A stretch of DNA of 63,555 nucleotides, counting the filler, from Salisapilia sapeloensis CBS 127946 (lineage: Eukaryota > Protista > Oomycota): assembly GCA_023334545.1 (NCBI GenBank). It is 7 parts of 7 records of this genome, joined end to end, with 100 filler letters (N's around TTAATTAATTAA, not from the genome) between each part and the next. Parts side by side here need not be neighbours in the genome. Positions count along the whole stretch, not along the records: positions 1 to 20,917 come from JAADVB010000291.1; positions 21,018 to 39,131 come from JAADVB010000324.1; 5 more parts are not named here. One strand, given 5' to 3'. Made by a program: the position numbers and the translations under genes. Under the pieces are notes generated by a model that saw only the letters and a list, made by a program, of their open reading frames with translations, had not been told where the DNA came from and made no database searches. Shown here piece after piece: positions 11,978 through 23,730 of this stretch (its first letter is position 1; the number at the start of each line of letters is the position of its first letter).

Positions 11978-12798
11978 GGGCCTGTTTGGATTTCAGCAAT
12001 ATTGAATTGTAATTTCAAAACCACGGGGTTAAATGGCTTAATGCTATGAATTCTAAATCCAATCATATGATTAAATCTAAGACAAGAAGCTGCCATGCAG
12101 CCACAAATCCGAAGAGATGCACTGCATGATAAAATACACTCTCCTTGGTCTTCATTTCGGTATTGCACATTGTTTGTTTGCGGTCGTTGAAATCCAGTCA
12201 TGGTAACCTTCGTGTTTCGATTTCATCTTGCCTCCTTGCATCAACTGGTGTACTGGTGCAAGGCATTTCAATCGGCTCCGTTCACCTTCCCGTCGATCGG
12301 TACGCGTTGGAGAAGAGGTGACCTCCAGGAAGATCCGGTCCCCGGAGGTCTTGCACGTTGAGCGCGGATTGCCTCTGTTCAGTTGCGCTCGCTATGGAAA
12401 ATTGGAGAATAAGCAGTTTGTTCAAAGCTTGAAAATAAGAGTGGATGTGACATCAGGCTGGAAAGATAGCCGAAAGGTCCGAAAGGACTATGATGGATAG
12501 ATGTAGCTAGAGAAGAGGAGATAGGAAACAAGTAAGCAAGAAATATATTGCCCAACGCAAAAAGTTTTTAAACTGCAGTCATTTTCCTCTTCCATCCATT
12601 ACCCTTCACAATAGCCGAGAAACTAATAAGATTGTCTTATTTTTACCGTTTCGAGAACGGCTACGTGAAGTCCTCTTCGTATCCTATTTCTCGTTAACTC
12701 AGGGAGTGCTTGGCAACGCAATTGTTCAAATAAGTACAATCAACTTTAAATTGCAACTTCAGGCTTTTGTTGTAATTCCGGCAACAATCCAAACAGGC
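11978..12798. mobile_element. Candidate non-autonomous PIF/Harbinger (Tourist-like) element
   Basis: TTA then GGGCCTGTTTGGATT at 11975-11992; perfect 13-bp inverted copy AATCCAAACAGGC at 12786-12798; no long ORF inside; right end lacks the terminal CC and a clean TSD. Confidence 0.45.
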
Positions 12799-12949
12799 AA
12801 TATCTATACGAATAAATTTCTTAAGAAAGAATAGGGATTAGGCAAAATTGTTAATAAGTAGAAAAATAGTTAAAGTCGCTTCACGCGTGGTAAAACGAGC
12901 GTAGGAGCGGAACAGTCGTCTGTTCATACATCTCAAGTACAGAATCCAA

Positions 12950-15053
12950 ATGTTTGAGGATGCAGATCTTGGCAGCATTCAATTCAGCAGCAAGCCAAAT
13001 GTATCAAGTGCCAATGCAACGACATTAACGCCGACGATCGAGTATCTTGATAGTGATGTTCAGACGGATGGGGAGACAAAGGATAGTTCGATGCAAACGG
13101 AGAATGCAACCACGACAATGAATGGAGGGAAGCATGCAAAAGGTGCCGTTGAAAAGCCAGAAGAGAGAGAAGGAATCAAAATGCTATTGCAACGAGTTGG
13201 TCCTCTTATGTTGCACGAAGTAAATGCTAGTGCAAAACTCAGCTCGTATTTCACCGGTCTACTCTAGTATTTATAATGTTACGAGCATACAACTCACCTA
13301 GTGCTTCTCCAAACAGGTTTTGAGCGATTTTTAGAAGAATCTGGAGAATCCGATATCACAAAGTTATTCGTGCTATCGTTTGACTACGATTCATACTTCC
13401 AACTTGCTACCCAGCAGAGTGGTACACCACTTCGCAATATCTAAGTAATGTAGTTTAACTCGTATAGCTGATATAGACAAGAGGGATCAAGCAAGTACCA
13501 AGGCAAAACAAAGTAAATCGAGAGCTCCTCAAAGCTCACTTCAACTGTCGTGCACAGGCGTTTCTTGGAATGCTTCAGGGGCAATGTTGGCAGTAGCTTA
13601 CGGCAGATTTGACCATACTGGATGGTGCAACTATCGTTCAGCCCTTTGCTTATGGCGAGTCTTTCAGGCAGACTTTATTCCGTCGAAGCCTCACATGGTT
13701 CTGGAAACCTCAGTAAGTACATTGTCTCTGTAAACACTTCACAAGCTAATGTTAATGTAGAGCGGCCTGATGTGCGTTGCCTGCCATCCTCATAACCCGT
13801 CTATCATAGCAGCTGGCTCTTACAACGGGGAAGTGTTTGTATGGGATGTTGAGCATGAAGATTACCGCTTCTTTGCTTCTGGCATTGGTGATTTTTTCCA
13901 TCGAGAGCCTGTGACGAAAGTGTCTTGGGTCTTCGACAACGCTTCCAATGAATATAACGTAAGCTTTAATACAGGCAATGAATAGTACCAAGCGTTAATG
14001 CAAGATCAATTGTAGATCGCAAGTGTGAGTGGAGATGGCAAGGTGCTCTTTTGGAGACTCAAAGATAAGCTTGCATTTCCTACCGAAGGCTACTTGCTTC
14101 GCAACCCGGCAAAAAAGAAAGCTTTGTTGCACAGCAAGACTGGCGATGTGAACGAGTTGGTGGGAGGTAAAGCCTTGGCATTTAGTCCTCTAGACCGAAC
14201 TAGTCGCTCGTTCGTGGCTGGTTCCGACGGTGGTGCTGTTACCCGATGCTTTGCAAAGCATGTTAGCGTAAGAGCTAGCGACTTTAAAGGAGAGAAGAAG
14301 TGGACAGCAACGGCCGCGAAGCTTGTTGGCAGGCTCCCAACTACCACACTGCAGGCCACTCGACGTCAAGTGGAAACGTATGCCTCCTCACCATCGGTCA
14401 AAACGAAAGAAATCTCATTATCGACTGTCTATTCCTCCAAGCTAGACCCGAACGTCTTATTTCCTAGCGGTGTCGACTTTGTCTTGGCGCCACATAATGG
14501 CCCGGTGTATGACATCCAATTCTCTCCGTTTAAGAAAAGTCTCTTGCTCTCGTGCTCGGCAGACGGTAGTGTCCACTTGTCATCCTACTTGCAACGCGAA
14601 CCACTACTTTCAATCGACGTAACTTCGCCTTCCAATGCCTACCTATATGCAATATCTTGGTCCAAGACAAGACCTATGGTGTTTGCTGTCGCTGCTGAGG
14701 ATGGCAACGTCTACCTGTACGACTTAAAAAGAAATCGGATTAGTCCAGTGGCTGTTCTTGGTAGTCAAGACGCTGCAACTCGGCCATCGACTGCATCAAG
14801 TAACCAGAAAGAAGAAAAGAGCCGCGACAAAAGACGATCGAGTGCAAGCTCATCATCAAATGCAAAAGTAGCGACTACAGCATCCACGTCTTCGCCCATG
14901 TTTGCCATTGACTTCAATCCCAAGCAACGCAATTTCCTCGCCGCTGGTGACAAACAAGGCGCAGTGCACGTGTGGAAGCTGTCGTGGCAACTAAGTAACT
15001 TGCAGTCAGGAGAAACCTCTTTACTCGATGACTTTGAATCGAATGACATGTAG
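12950..15053 (+). CDS. WDR34: Cytoplasmic dynein-2 intermediate chain (WD40), 5 exons
   Basis: Spliced product has LSCTGVSWNASGAMLAVAYGRFDHTGWC, LMCVACHP...IIAAGSYNGEV, HREPVTKVSW, SVSGDGKVLFW, HNGPVYDIQFSPF, WSKTRPMVFAV. Confidence 0.85.
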
Positions 15054-15163
15054 ACACTTTTCCTCAAAATTGCTATTTGTATTTTAACCGGTTAACATGC
15101 ACAACAACGCTGCGTGCGTATCACATGACAGAGCCACTGAATAGTTGCCAATGCTGGCAACCA

Positions 15164-17906
15164 TTACATCTCGAATGGATCGACGTACGAAAAGTCCATA
15201 AAGACTTGGCTTTTGCCAGTCGGCACGCTTTCACTCACGATACTGTCCTCGACTTGCTGTCGTTTGAAAAACTCTGGCACGTTATTCGTCTCGTCTCCGA
15301 CTCCTGTCATCGGTCGGAATGGTGGTGGAACCTCCCGTCGGAAGAGCTTTTCCCAATCGATGCCGTTGAAAAACGGATGCTCCTTAATCTCCTCTGCACC
15401 GGAGGGACCCGATCCGAGTCTCTTCGACGGGTCTTTGCAGATCAAACCACGCAGCAAACTCTTTGCTTCTTCGGAAAAGTACCCTGGCAGGCGAAGTGGC
15501 ATGCGAGCGATATTATCAAAATTCTTCTTCCTGTTGGCATTGTAGAAAGGAGTGTACCCGGCCAGCATTTCGTAGATCAAGATACCTAGACTCCAAAAGT
15601 CTGCAAAGCGTCCATACTTTTCCTTCCGAATGAGCTCCGGAGCTATGTACTCAGGTGTTCCACAGAACGTCGACAACTTCAGCCCATCTCGTCCGACTCC
15701 AACTTTATCGTGGGACAAGCCAAAGTCCGTGACGGCGAGGTACCCTTGTGCATCCATGAGAACGTTATCTGGTTTCAAGTCTCGATAGACGATGCCGTAC
15801 GAGTGCAAGTGTGCAAGAGCAAGCACCAGCTGAGCTGCGTAGAATCGAGCTCTGTTGTCATCAAACTGAAGTGCTCGACGCAGATGGAAGTGCAGCGTGC
15901 CTCCGTTATAATAGTCCATGACAAAGTACAGTTTCTGTGGTGTCTGGAACGCATAACGGAGTTTCACTAAGAACGGGTGATCGATCTCTTGTAGAATGCG
16001 TCGCTCCGTCTTCGTATGCTCCACTTGGTTCCGCTTGAATACGGCTGCCTTCTTCACGACTTTCATCGCAAATACGACACCTCGTCGACGCACGAGCATC
16101 ACTTTACCAAAAGCACCTTTCCCAATCACACGCATCAGTTCAAAGTCATCGATGCCCACAGGTTTATCTTCTCGAGGCGATGCAGCTGCCGGAGGATCAC
16201 GAAGCTGCTCGGCACCGACGACCGTCGTCGTCGTCGGATCCTTTGGTGTGAGATTGATTCGGTTGCTAATGCCTCGTGACCACGCGCGAACTCTTGATGA
16301 TCCATTCGATGGTGATGACGCAGGGGCAGAGCTATCTTTCTGTGGACGTGCAAACAAGTTGGGCGTCTTCACGCGGCTATTGGACGGTGATGACACTCCT
16401 CTGCCTCGTAGCTGCTGACCTAGAACCAACTTTTTATGCTGCTCATCAATTCGTTTCTGTAGTTGAAGAGATCGCTCGGCCGTGCGCTGGTACTCGTAGG
16501 CACTAGGAGAATCAAGGAAATCAAAAACAGCATCTAGAACATCTCTTGTCGTATATGCTGGGCTGCTATCCGCACTCGGACCTGGTCCGGCGGATAGGCA
16601 TAGACAGCCAAAGGAAGATACGCTAGAGGAAGACGGTCCACGCAGCGCAGCAGTGACATGTCGACTGTCCACATCTTTGGAGCTGCCAGAGCTAGCACTA
16701 CTACTCTCCGACTTGTCTTCTTTCTTGTCTGCTGCTGCCGATAGATCCGTTCCGAGAGGTTCAGGAGCACGCATCCAGCAGACGGAATGCTGTCGGAAGA
16801 ATGTCTGGAAGGTAGAGCTCCAGGACGCGTCGGCTTTGTGTGCTGACTCAATGAATGCAACGCTGCCGAGCCTAGATCGAAGTTCATGGCGGTACTTGTC
16901 GATCATTTCCGACACGAGTGCGCCTCCATACCCAAATGCGATGAAATGGATTTTGTGTGCACTGCTAGGAGCAATGTACTTGCGCCAGATGTGTTCGCAA
17001 TGTTCCTCTTTCGTGGAAGAGCCTTCGATCGGCAGTTTTTTCGATTGACAGTCTTCTGGGTCGAAAAGAACTTGCGAGTTCATGTTCGGATTCGCGACGA
17101 CGATACCATATCCTCTTCGCACGGCGTTTCGAAAGTATGGAAGCATACTCCCGACTGTTACACCTTCAGACAGCAAGAGATTCCGACTCCAGATACCTGT
17201 ACTAAGACCTCTCGAGGAACAGACAAACACGAGCAATTGTCTCGCGAGGTCGTATCGCTGGGAGGTATGGAAGATACAGCGTGGCACGTCACTGTCGATC
17301 ATCGTTCGGAAGCCGTCGACTGTCGAGCGGATGCTGGAAGAGGACGATCGGACGGAACTGTGGGATGACACGGTCGAGTTGGAAAAATCGCTTTTAGTCT
17401 GAGAGAAATCAAATGCCGGAATTGCCTGCTCTTCAAACCGGAGCTCATCGAGCATGAGCGAGTGGACGTGCTCGATGAGCGGCTGCAGCAGCTCTTCGCC
17501 ATACTGTTTGATATCGTCGTCCGAGATCGGCTCGTTGGTCTTTTGATGACGCACTCGGCCGTCCGGATGCAGCTTGAACCGGTCGTTTGACCATAATTGG
17601 CCAACGTACGGTGTCTCGTTCTCGGCATTCGCCGGTAGTGCGATCGTATCCTCTGAAATGGTTCCCATGTCCCTACATCCTGCATTAGTTTATTCTTATT
17701 TGGCTAAGGCTAGAACAATAGACGTACATTTTGTTGACATAGCGGCGCATGGGTCCGATACTAACGTTGGAGCTCCGGGACGAGCTAGTCGAGCTGGAAG
17801 AGGCTCGAGCGGTCATGGACACGCCCAAGGAGAAGGACGATCGACCGCCGCTCGTGTCATCCGACTCTTGCACTGCCTCGCGGCCGGCAATGTTCATGCG
17901 AATCAT
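15164..17906 (-). CDS. AGC Ser/Thr kinase (S6K/SGK-like) fused to an N-terminal Arb2/FAM172-like domain
   Basis: Kinase: GKGAFGKV, FAMK, YRDLKPDN, TDFG, TFCGTPEYIAPE, C-terminal FMDFSY. N-terminal GIWSRNLLLSEGVTVGSMLPYFRNAVRRGYGIVVANPN resembles FAM172A. Upstream exon joins in frame via intron 17673-17727; start codon 17906 tentative. Confidence 0.85.
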
Positions 17907-18499
17907 GTCGTCCGATTCCAAGTCCGACGGAGATACAAAAGTGGACGAAAAATGATGTGTCCGAGGTCGCACCGTTTGAACAGTATCCACTTGCGTCGAA
18001 GAGAGTCAGCACCATACCTCGAACAAGACGACACGACGGCCTTGTTTTTGTATGGCACCTGATATCCAGCTGCTTCGGCGGACTCTTACGTTTAGTATGG
18101 ACATGGTCTCAATATACTTCGTCGGGAGGACAAAGGGAACCAGGTCGGTCGCCTGAGGAGATTAGACGGCCGTTTAGTGCTCGTAAGCAACGGCCCGAAG
18201 CGCCTTCTTGCGACGAAGAATCCATTATTAAAGCGGCGAACTCGTTTGTCAATTGCTTACGTTCGAATCGAATCATCATCTACATAATGGACGCAAACGA
18301 TGAAGCGGCGGGAAAGTATCGAGTCATTGAATGTCATCTTCAGTATCTGGTCTTTACCGTCATACATGGAGGATGAGCACCAGCATGCCGAGATCAAAAG
18401 TACAAAATAAAGGATACGCGTGTTTCTCGTCTTACTTTGATCCGCAGTCACGGTCATTCGGATCGGGCACAAAACTAGCTTCGCATGATGTGACAGAAT

Positions 18500-19609
18500 C
18501 TAAAATTCCACAGACCCGTTACTGTTCACCGAGTTGTTGTCTCGCCTAGTTAATCGACCAGGATTGCCGTACACCTGGCGGTTTCTCGAAGCATCGGCGT
18601 CTTCAAACTGCCCGTTCGAGACTTGACTGTCTTCCGTTAATGCTTCAGCTGCCCACCACTTGGGCTGGTCCTGCGCTCCTCTTGCCGTATTGAATTCGTC
18701 GTCGTCATATCCGCTCATTTCACTTGCTCGGCCTCGAGCCGGTGGAGATGATGCCCTGGGAGGGGCGTTGAAACCTCCAGATGAACTTGAAGCTGCTGAA
18801 GATGACGACAAGATCGTACCTTCCTGAAGGCCAGAGCGGCGTCCACCTCTCTCGATATCAGGCGGTAGTTCGTCCTCTCTCAATGGCCCGCGTTTCGGTT
18901 CCCCCGACTGGCGTAATTGGTCAATTCGAGACCGCAAGGTGTCGTTCGATCCTGACGTCCGTGCGAATGGATACTGCGCTCGTTGTCCCGTTGGAGACGA
19001 TCGGTAATCGGCTACTCGTGTTCCCTGATCAAAAGGTCCCAACTTGGAATTGTCAAAAGAGCTCGTATTGTCATACAAACTATCATCAGAGTGATTCGTG
19101 CGAGGTGGAGCCGAATGCTGAGGCCCGGTCACATATCCACGACTATAGTTGGCCATCATGGGAGGTTGAGTAGCATTATAATTGTTCGTGTTGGCTTGGA
19201 CGGCAGGAGACCACTGATTATTCATGTTTGAATTCGCTGCGACGGTCGGTCCGCTCCCTCGATGAGCCGAAGGCTGACGAGGAACCGGCACCGGCTCCTG
19301 CTTTGAATACCTGTACGATTGTCCGTTCCCACTGGGATTTGAAAGCTGTGAACGTCTGTAAGGCGGTTGAGGAGGCGTTGTCGCTGCTGGCACGTAGCCA
19401 GTCTGTCTCTGCCGGTCACGCACCTGAATTGACTCCATGGCCTCTTCACGGCCTTTACGACGAGCCCGACGGAGACAGCAGCAACAGCAAAGCACGAAGA
19501 GAATTAAGAGGAGGGCGGCAGCGCCGACGATAATCCACCATATCCAATCCTCTAGACCAAAGAGGTCGTTAAATAACCCATCGCTGCCACTACCACTGCC
19601 ATTCGCCAT
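18500..19609 (-). CDS. Single-pass membrane protein with juxtamembrane Cys5 cluster and long disordered cytoplasmic tail
   Basis: Short GSGSGS N-terminus, TM WIWWIIVGAAALLLILFVL, then CCCCCLRRARRK (positive-inside) and a Pro/Ser/Gln-rich tail. Confidence 0.75.
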   Translation of the reverse strand: MANGSGSGSDGLFNDLFGLEDWIWWIIVGAAALLLILFVLCCCCCLRRARRKGREEAMESIQVRDRQRQTGYVPAATTPPQPPYRRSQLSNPSGNGQSYRYSKQEPVPVPRQPSAHRGSGPTVAANSNMNNQWSPAVQANTNNYNATQPPMMANYSRGYVTGPQHSAPPRTNHSDDSLYDNTSSFDNSKLGPFDQGTRVADYRSSPTGQRAQYPFARTSGSNDTLRSRIDQLRQSGEPKRGPLREDELPPDIERGGRRSGLQEGTILSSSSAASSSSGGFNAPPRASSPPARGRASEMSGYDDDEFNTARGAQDQPKWWAAEALTEDSQVSNGQFEDADASRNRQVYGNPGRLTRRDNNSVNSNGSVEF

Positions 19610-19956
19610 GTTTGACAGTTTATAGGAGTTGCTACTTGTGGGCTACAGTCGAAACGAAAGAAAGACTGGAGGCTGCTATGCCGCTTCGATATGCTTGAAC
19701 CCAGTGGAAGGCCCGAGGAAGACTAACAATTGGACGCTACAATGGGTGCTTCCATCATCGACCTTTCTTACAGAATATTATGTCACTCCCTGCCGTCAAT
19801 CGCGACGAGTGAAGAGACACAAACTACCTGTGAAATAGCATGCCATGGATTTTAGGTAGAAAAGCGGCTGGAAATTGACAACCTCTATTTCTTATATAAA
19901 TCAGCCAATGAAGTGCAACTTTATCTCGATCCTTACGAGTCTCACGGACTGATAAG

Positions 19957-20917
19957 ATGGATAGTCGCGAGGAGGATCCTGGGATTCTCCAGTATCTACT
20001 TCATGGAGACCCGAACGACAGAAAGGAATCGATGATTCGAAGCAAGGCGAAGAAAGCGAGTCGGACGAAGGGTAAAGACGCCAAGGAAGATGCCTTAAAT
20101 ACTCGGTTTATAATGGTCGATGAAAGCAGCCCCAAGCACGGACCTAGCAGACTCGATTTGGCTTACGTCAGCATTACTATCATCGTACTCGCTACCTACA
20201 TGTTTTCAGTGCTTTATGTGCTCTATGACCCATTGGATGCAAAATTACCTGCTGCCGATCTGTACAAGCAGCCGATCGATGTCTCGAATGTAGGCATCAA
20301 AATCCTATCTCCACGATCTGATGCCGATATTTCTCTACCTGTTAAACTTGTATGGCGATTGGAAAACTACCCAGTCGAACCTTTGCACAAGTATGGGTCC
20401 GAAATGTTTGAATTTAAAGTATTTGTCAATGGTCAGTTGATAAGACGCGAAGTTTCCATCCTCCAACCACCACTGGGCGCCGAAGAGATATTGGCCTCAA
20501 ATGTAACTGATAAAACGATGTACCTCACCTATCAAGAAGAGGTCCACCCTGGTCTGCTGGTAGAAGGTGGTGTCAACACGTTTTATGTTGAAGCAACCTT
20601 TGCTCACGCTGCAGATATGCTTGGAACGCTGTATCACATCTATGACGATGTTCGGATAGACACTACCCGGCTTCTAAATGATACTCCGCAGATTTATGTA
20701 TGGTCCGAAGACCGAGCAGCAAACAAGCAGCCATTTTCGGTCCGTTACCTAGCAATGCGTACGGAGAAGCCTCTCATGTGTGTGTTCGATGGAAATTTGG
20801 AGTACTCGTATGACGATTTGGTGGAGGGTCTGGTCAAGATGGACGAGCTGGCGCCTGGTCGACACACGTTCCAGATGCGAGCTCAGACGGCGGAGGGGGA
20901 GACGGTGCAGTCGAACG
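19957..20917 (+). CDS. Type II membrane protein with beta-rich (Ig-like) extracellular region, 3'-truncated by gap
   Basis: Open frame to the gap; one TM (LAYVSITIIVLATYMFSVLYVLY); IKILSPRSDADISLPVKLVW and PGRHTFQMRA-type strands. Confidence 0.7.
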
Positions 20918-21017
20918 NNNNNNNNNNNNNNNNNNNNNNNNNNNNNNNNNNNNNNNNNNNNTTAATTAATTAANNNNNNNNNNNNNNNNNNNNNNNNNNN
21001 NNNNNNNNNNNNNNNNN
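20918..21017. other. Artificial contig linker 44N-TTAATTAATTAA-44N
   Basis: 100 nt with a spacer carrying stops in all six frames at 20962-20973. Confidence 0.98.
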
Positions 21018-21516
21018 CGACAATGAGATTGAGACGTTCTGTCGCATCATTATGGAGAACCCGAAGAAGTACATGCGATCCATCTTCCTGAGCGTCTACG
21101 GCAAGATTTGCACTGGCCTTGCTAAACAGCACGCGCACGTTGCCAACATGCGGAAGCTAGAGTACATGATGCAGTATCAATCGAAGCAAGAGGGCGCACT
21201 AAATCGCAAGGTGCCTGACTGCGGCGTGTGTGGAAATAAACTTAAGGGCAGCGCAAAGCCCTGTCGCCTGTGCTGCCAAATGCTGTGCAACCGCTGCCAG
21301 ATCAAGCAAGAGATTTGCTTCATCATGCCGGACAATGAGCTGAAAAAGCCCAAGACCAGTTTCTGCGCTGCATGCATGCATCGTGTGGCGAAGATGGACT
21401 CGTATGCTATCGCTTCCGACCAGATTCGGATTGAGCGTGGCGGCCGTCCGATGGCAAACGCAAATACGTCCGCCTCAGCATCCAGCTCTCATTCCAACTC
21501 TCGTAGCAAAAATTAA
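21018..21516 (+). CDS. 3' part of oomycete START-like + FYVE-like zinc-finger protein
   Basis: Frame open from the gap; HVANMRKLEYMM followed by CGVC...CRLCCQMLCNRC...FCAAC; paralogous to 23731-24930. Confidence 0.75.
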
Positions 21517-23730
21517 CGCCATTTACACTGCTTCATCTGTGCTAAAATAAAACGCGTTTACATATCACTCTTATATGTTTTCGTTGTCACTCCATTCCCA
21601 TGAGCTCTCTCTTTCAAATGGAATAAATATATGGTTCTTATGGCCATGTACTTTTATAGAATGAAGTAGCACACCTCAAGTGAAAGAGGTCGTGCTCAAG
21701 CGCATGCCCATTCAAAATAGATAGCACGATAGCTGGCTTGTGAGCACTAAGCTATACGTAGAGAACCATAAGATTATAGCATTTGTGCTCTACTGCATGC
21801 GTGAAAAATCTGATCAGAGCTGCGCTCACGTCGTAGAAGTCGTTGCAGACAACGCAAATCAAATGATGACTGCGTTTCCAGTGACATCTTTGTGACGCAT
21901 TCACAGCCAGCCACATAAGCTGTCACGATAGTTTGTCGTCAAATCGCGCTCACTACGGCCGTTCACAGCATATCTTTCTGCTTTGCCCGCTTTACTACTT
22001 GCATCAAGGCCCTGATTTTACGATAGCCCTCCGATGGCCGCGGATGAAAAGCTATAGCTTTGCCATTTAAATGTTAAACCGGATTATGACCATTTGGAAG
22101 AGTCTCAGGAATACCTCACGTACAATTGTAAGTTGTGCAGCGACAGGAAGTGATGGTATCGTACCTGGCATAAAAATCGACCTAGCAACGCCTGCTGGAG
22201 AGGAAGCGCGTACGATTCGAGATTGACTTTAAGACCAATCGATAACGATGGGTAGATCACTTTTAAAGATAATGCTGCAATCTACGCATGTAGAGGAGGA
22301 AGCGTCGCGGGTGCTTATCTTAAGCTCAGCCGAACACGATTTATATGCGTTCGCGGAGTTGAAAATTCCAGCTTTATCATACCAACGATCAGGAGATGGT
22401 CGCTACACTTTTGGGTCTACTAGCACTGTGATGAAGAAAGCGTACAGGCACTCACTACAACGGCTCAATTAATTTCGACGACACGTATACCGCAGGAAAG
22501 TCGGTGTTGCCAATGCTAAAAGTCCTCTCGTTGTTTTGGCAGCTACACAAGGTTCCAAAACAACTTTTCACGTATACCTAGAGTGTCTGAATAGTCGACA
22601 TAAAGAGAGCTCTAAACGCAGCATGATATGATTGCGTCCAAAACATGCAATGCGGCATATATGAGATTCCTGGAACCAATTTCGACTTCAGTCCATCACA
22701 AACTGTAGGTTACCAATGTTCATTTTCGACCATTACCTTAAAAGTAGGTATTTATAACTTCATTTCATTCAAGCCTGTACCATACACTTATCTACTGCTT
22801 TAAAAGAATGCACGATTGCTGTTTACATCTAGTACTCGTCGGAAATGAGAGAAATACTCGAGTGATTCTACCTTGCCAGCGCGGATACGTGCCAAGTTTT
22901 CATAGCTGTACTCAGGATGAAATTAATGACCGCAACCGGAGCACCATGCTCAAGGGTCACGCTTGTCCATGGCAGCTTACGTTGCGACCGCGAAGAGATA
23001 TACTTAATGGCCAAAAGAGTCGGAGGAACATTGCTTAGTGACGATCAGCTTACAAAGCCTATCTCACACTAGAATGACTGATACGGTCTTTCATGTCCGA
23101 CGACAGAAACCGCCTGATCGGACAAGAAGCTGACCCAGATCCTTCGAACGCTATCAAAGTTTGACGCATGTCCGACCGACTTTGTAGTGGCTAAAAGTTA
23201 AAACGTCGTCGTGTCAAAGTCTATGCAATGCTTGCACGAAAACGCTAGCGCACCTAGATTGAAAATGAAAATTCGTCCTTATCTTCAGACAAAAGCCAAA
23301 ACCTTGGGTGGGGTTTGGAGCGACCTAGCATCCTCTTACCTCCTAGTGCCCAAGTCCCGTAAGGACATTGAGTCTGCCTACCTCATCCTTTCATCTGATC
23401 CCACTAAACTAGTTATATGTGCTCTCTTCGCTGGTGTATCCCTTTTCAAGCTGCCTTTCAACACGCGCCATGTGGGGCAGACTGTCGAGCTTTGTTCTAG
23501 CGATCAGCCATCATTCGACCCGATCTTATCCGCACCAAGTCTAAAATCGCGGATTAGTGTGGAAGCTCACCTATTCCAGAGAATGACGATCAACAGGATC
23601 CCCCCACGCAATGAACCGAAACTAATGCGAGCGAAGTTTTTCCACAATCGTTCGAATCGTCATAAATCAATTGCGACTAGAGGCAAGAGTTCGTCACTAG
23701 TTCATATATTCAAAAGCCTCTTCTGCCAAA

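Noticed and set aside
17991-18094. Extra 5' exon and 28-nt intron for the Arb2-kinase
   Set aside because: The spliced frame hits a stop and is out of frame with the kinase.
20962-20973. TTAATTAATTAA repeated six times at irregular intervals
   Set aside because: Always centred in exactly 44+44 Ns; an assembly spacer, not a biological repeat or CRISPR.
22808-23038. CPWQL segment reminiscent of FAR1/MULE fingers
   Set aside because: The other Cys/His ligands are not identifiable; too weak to call.
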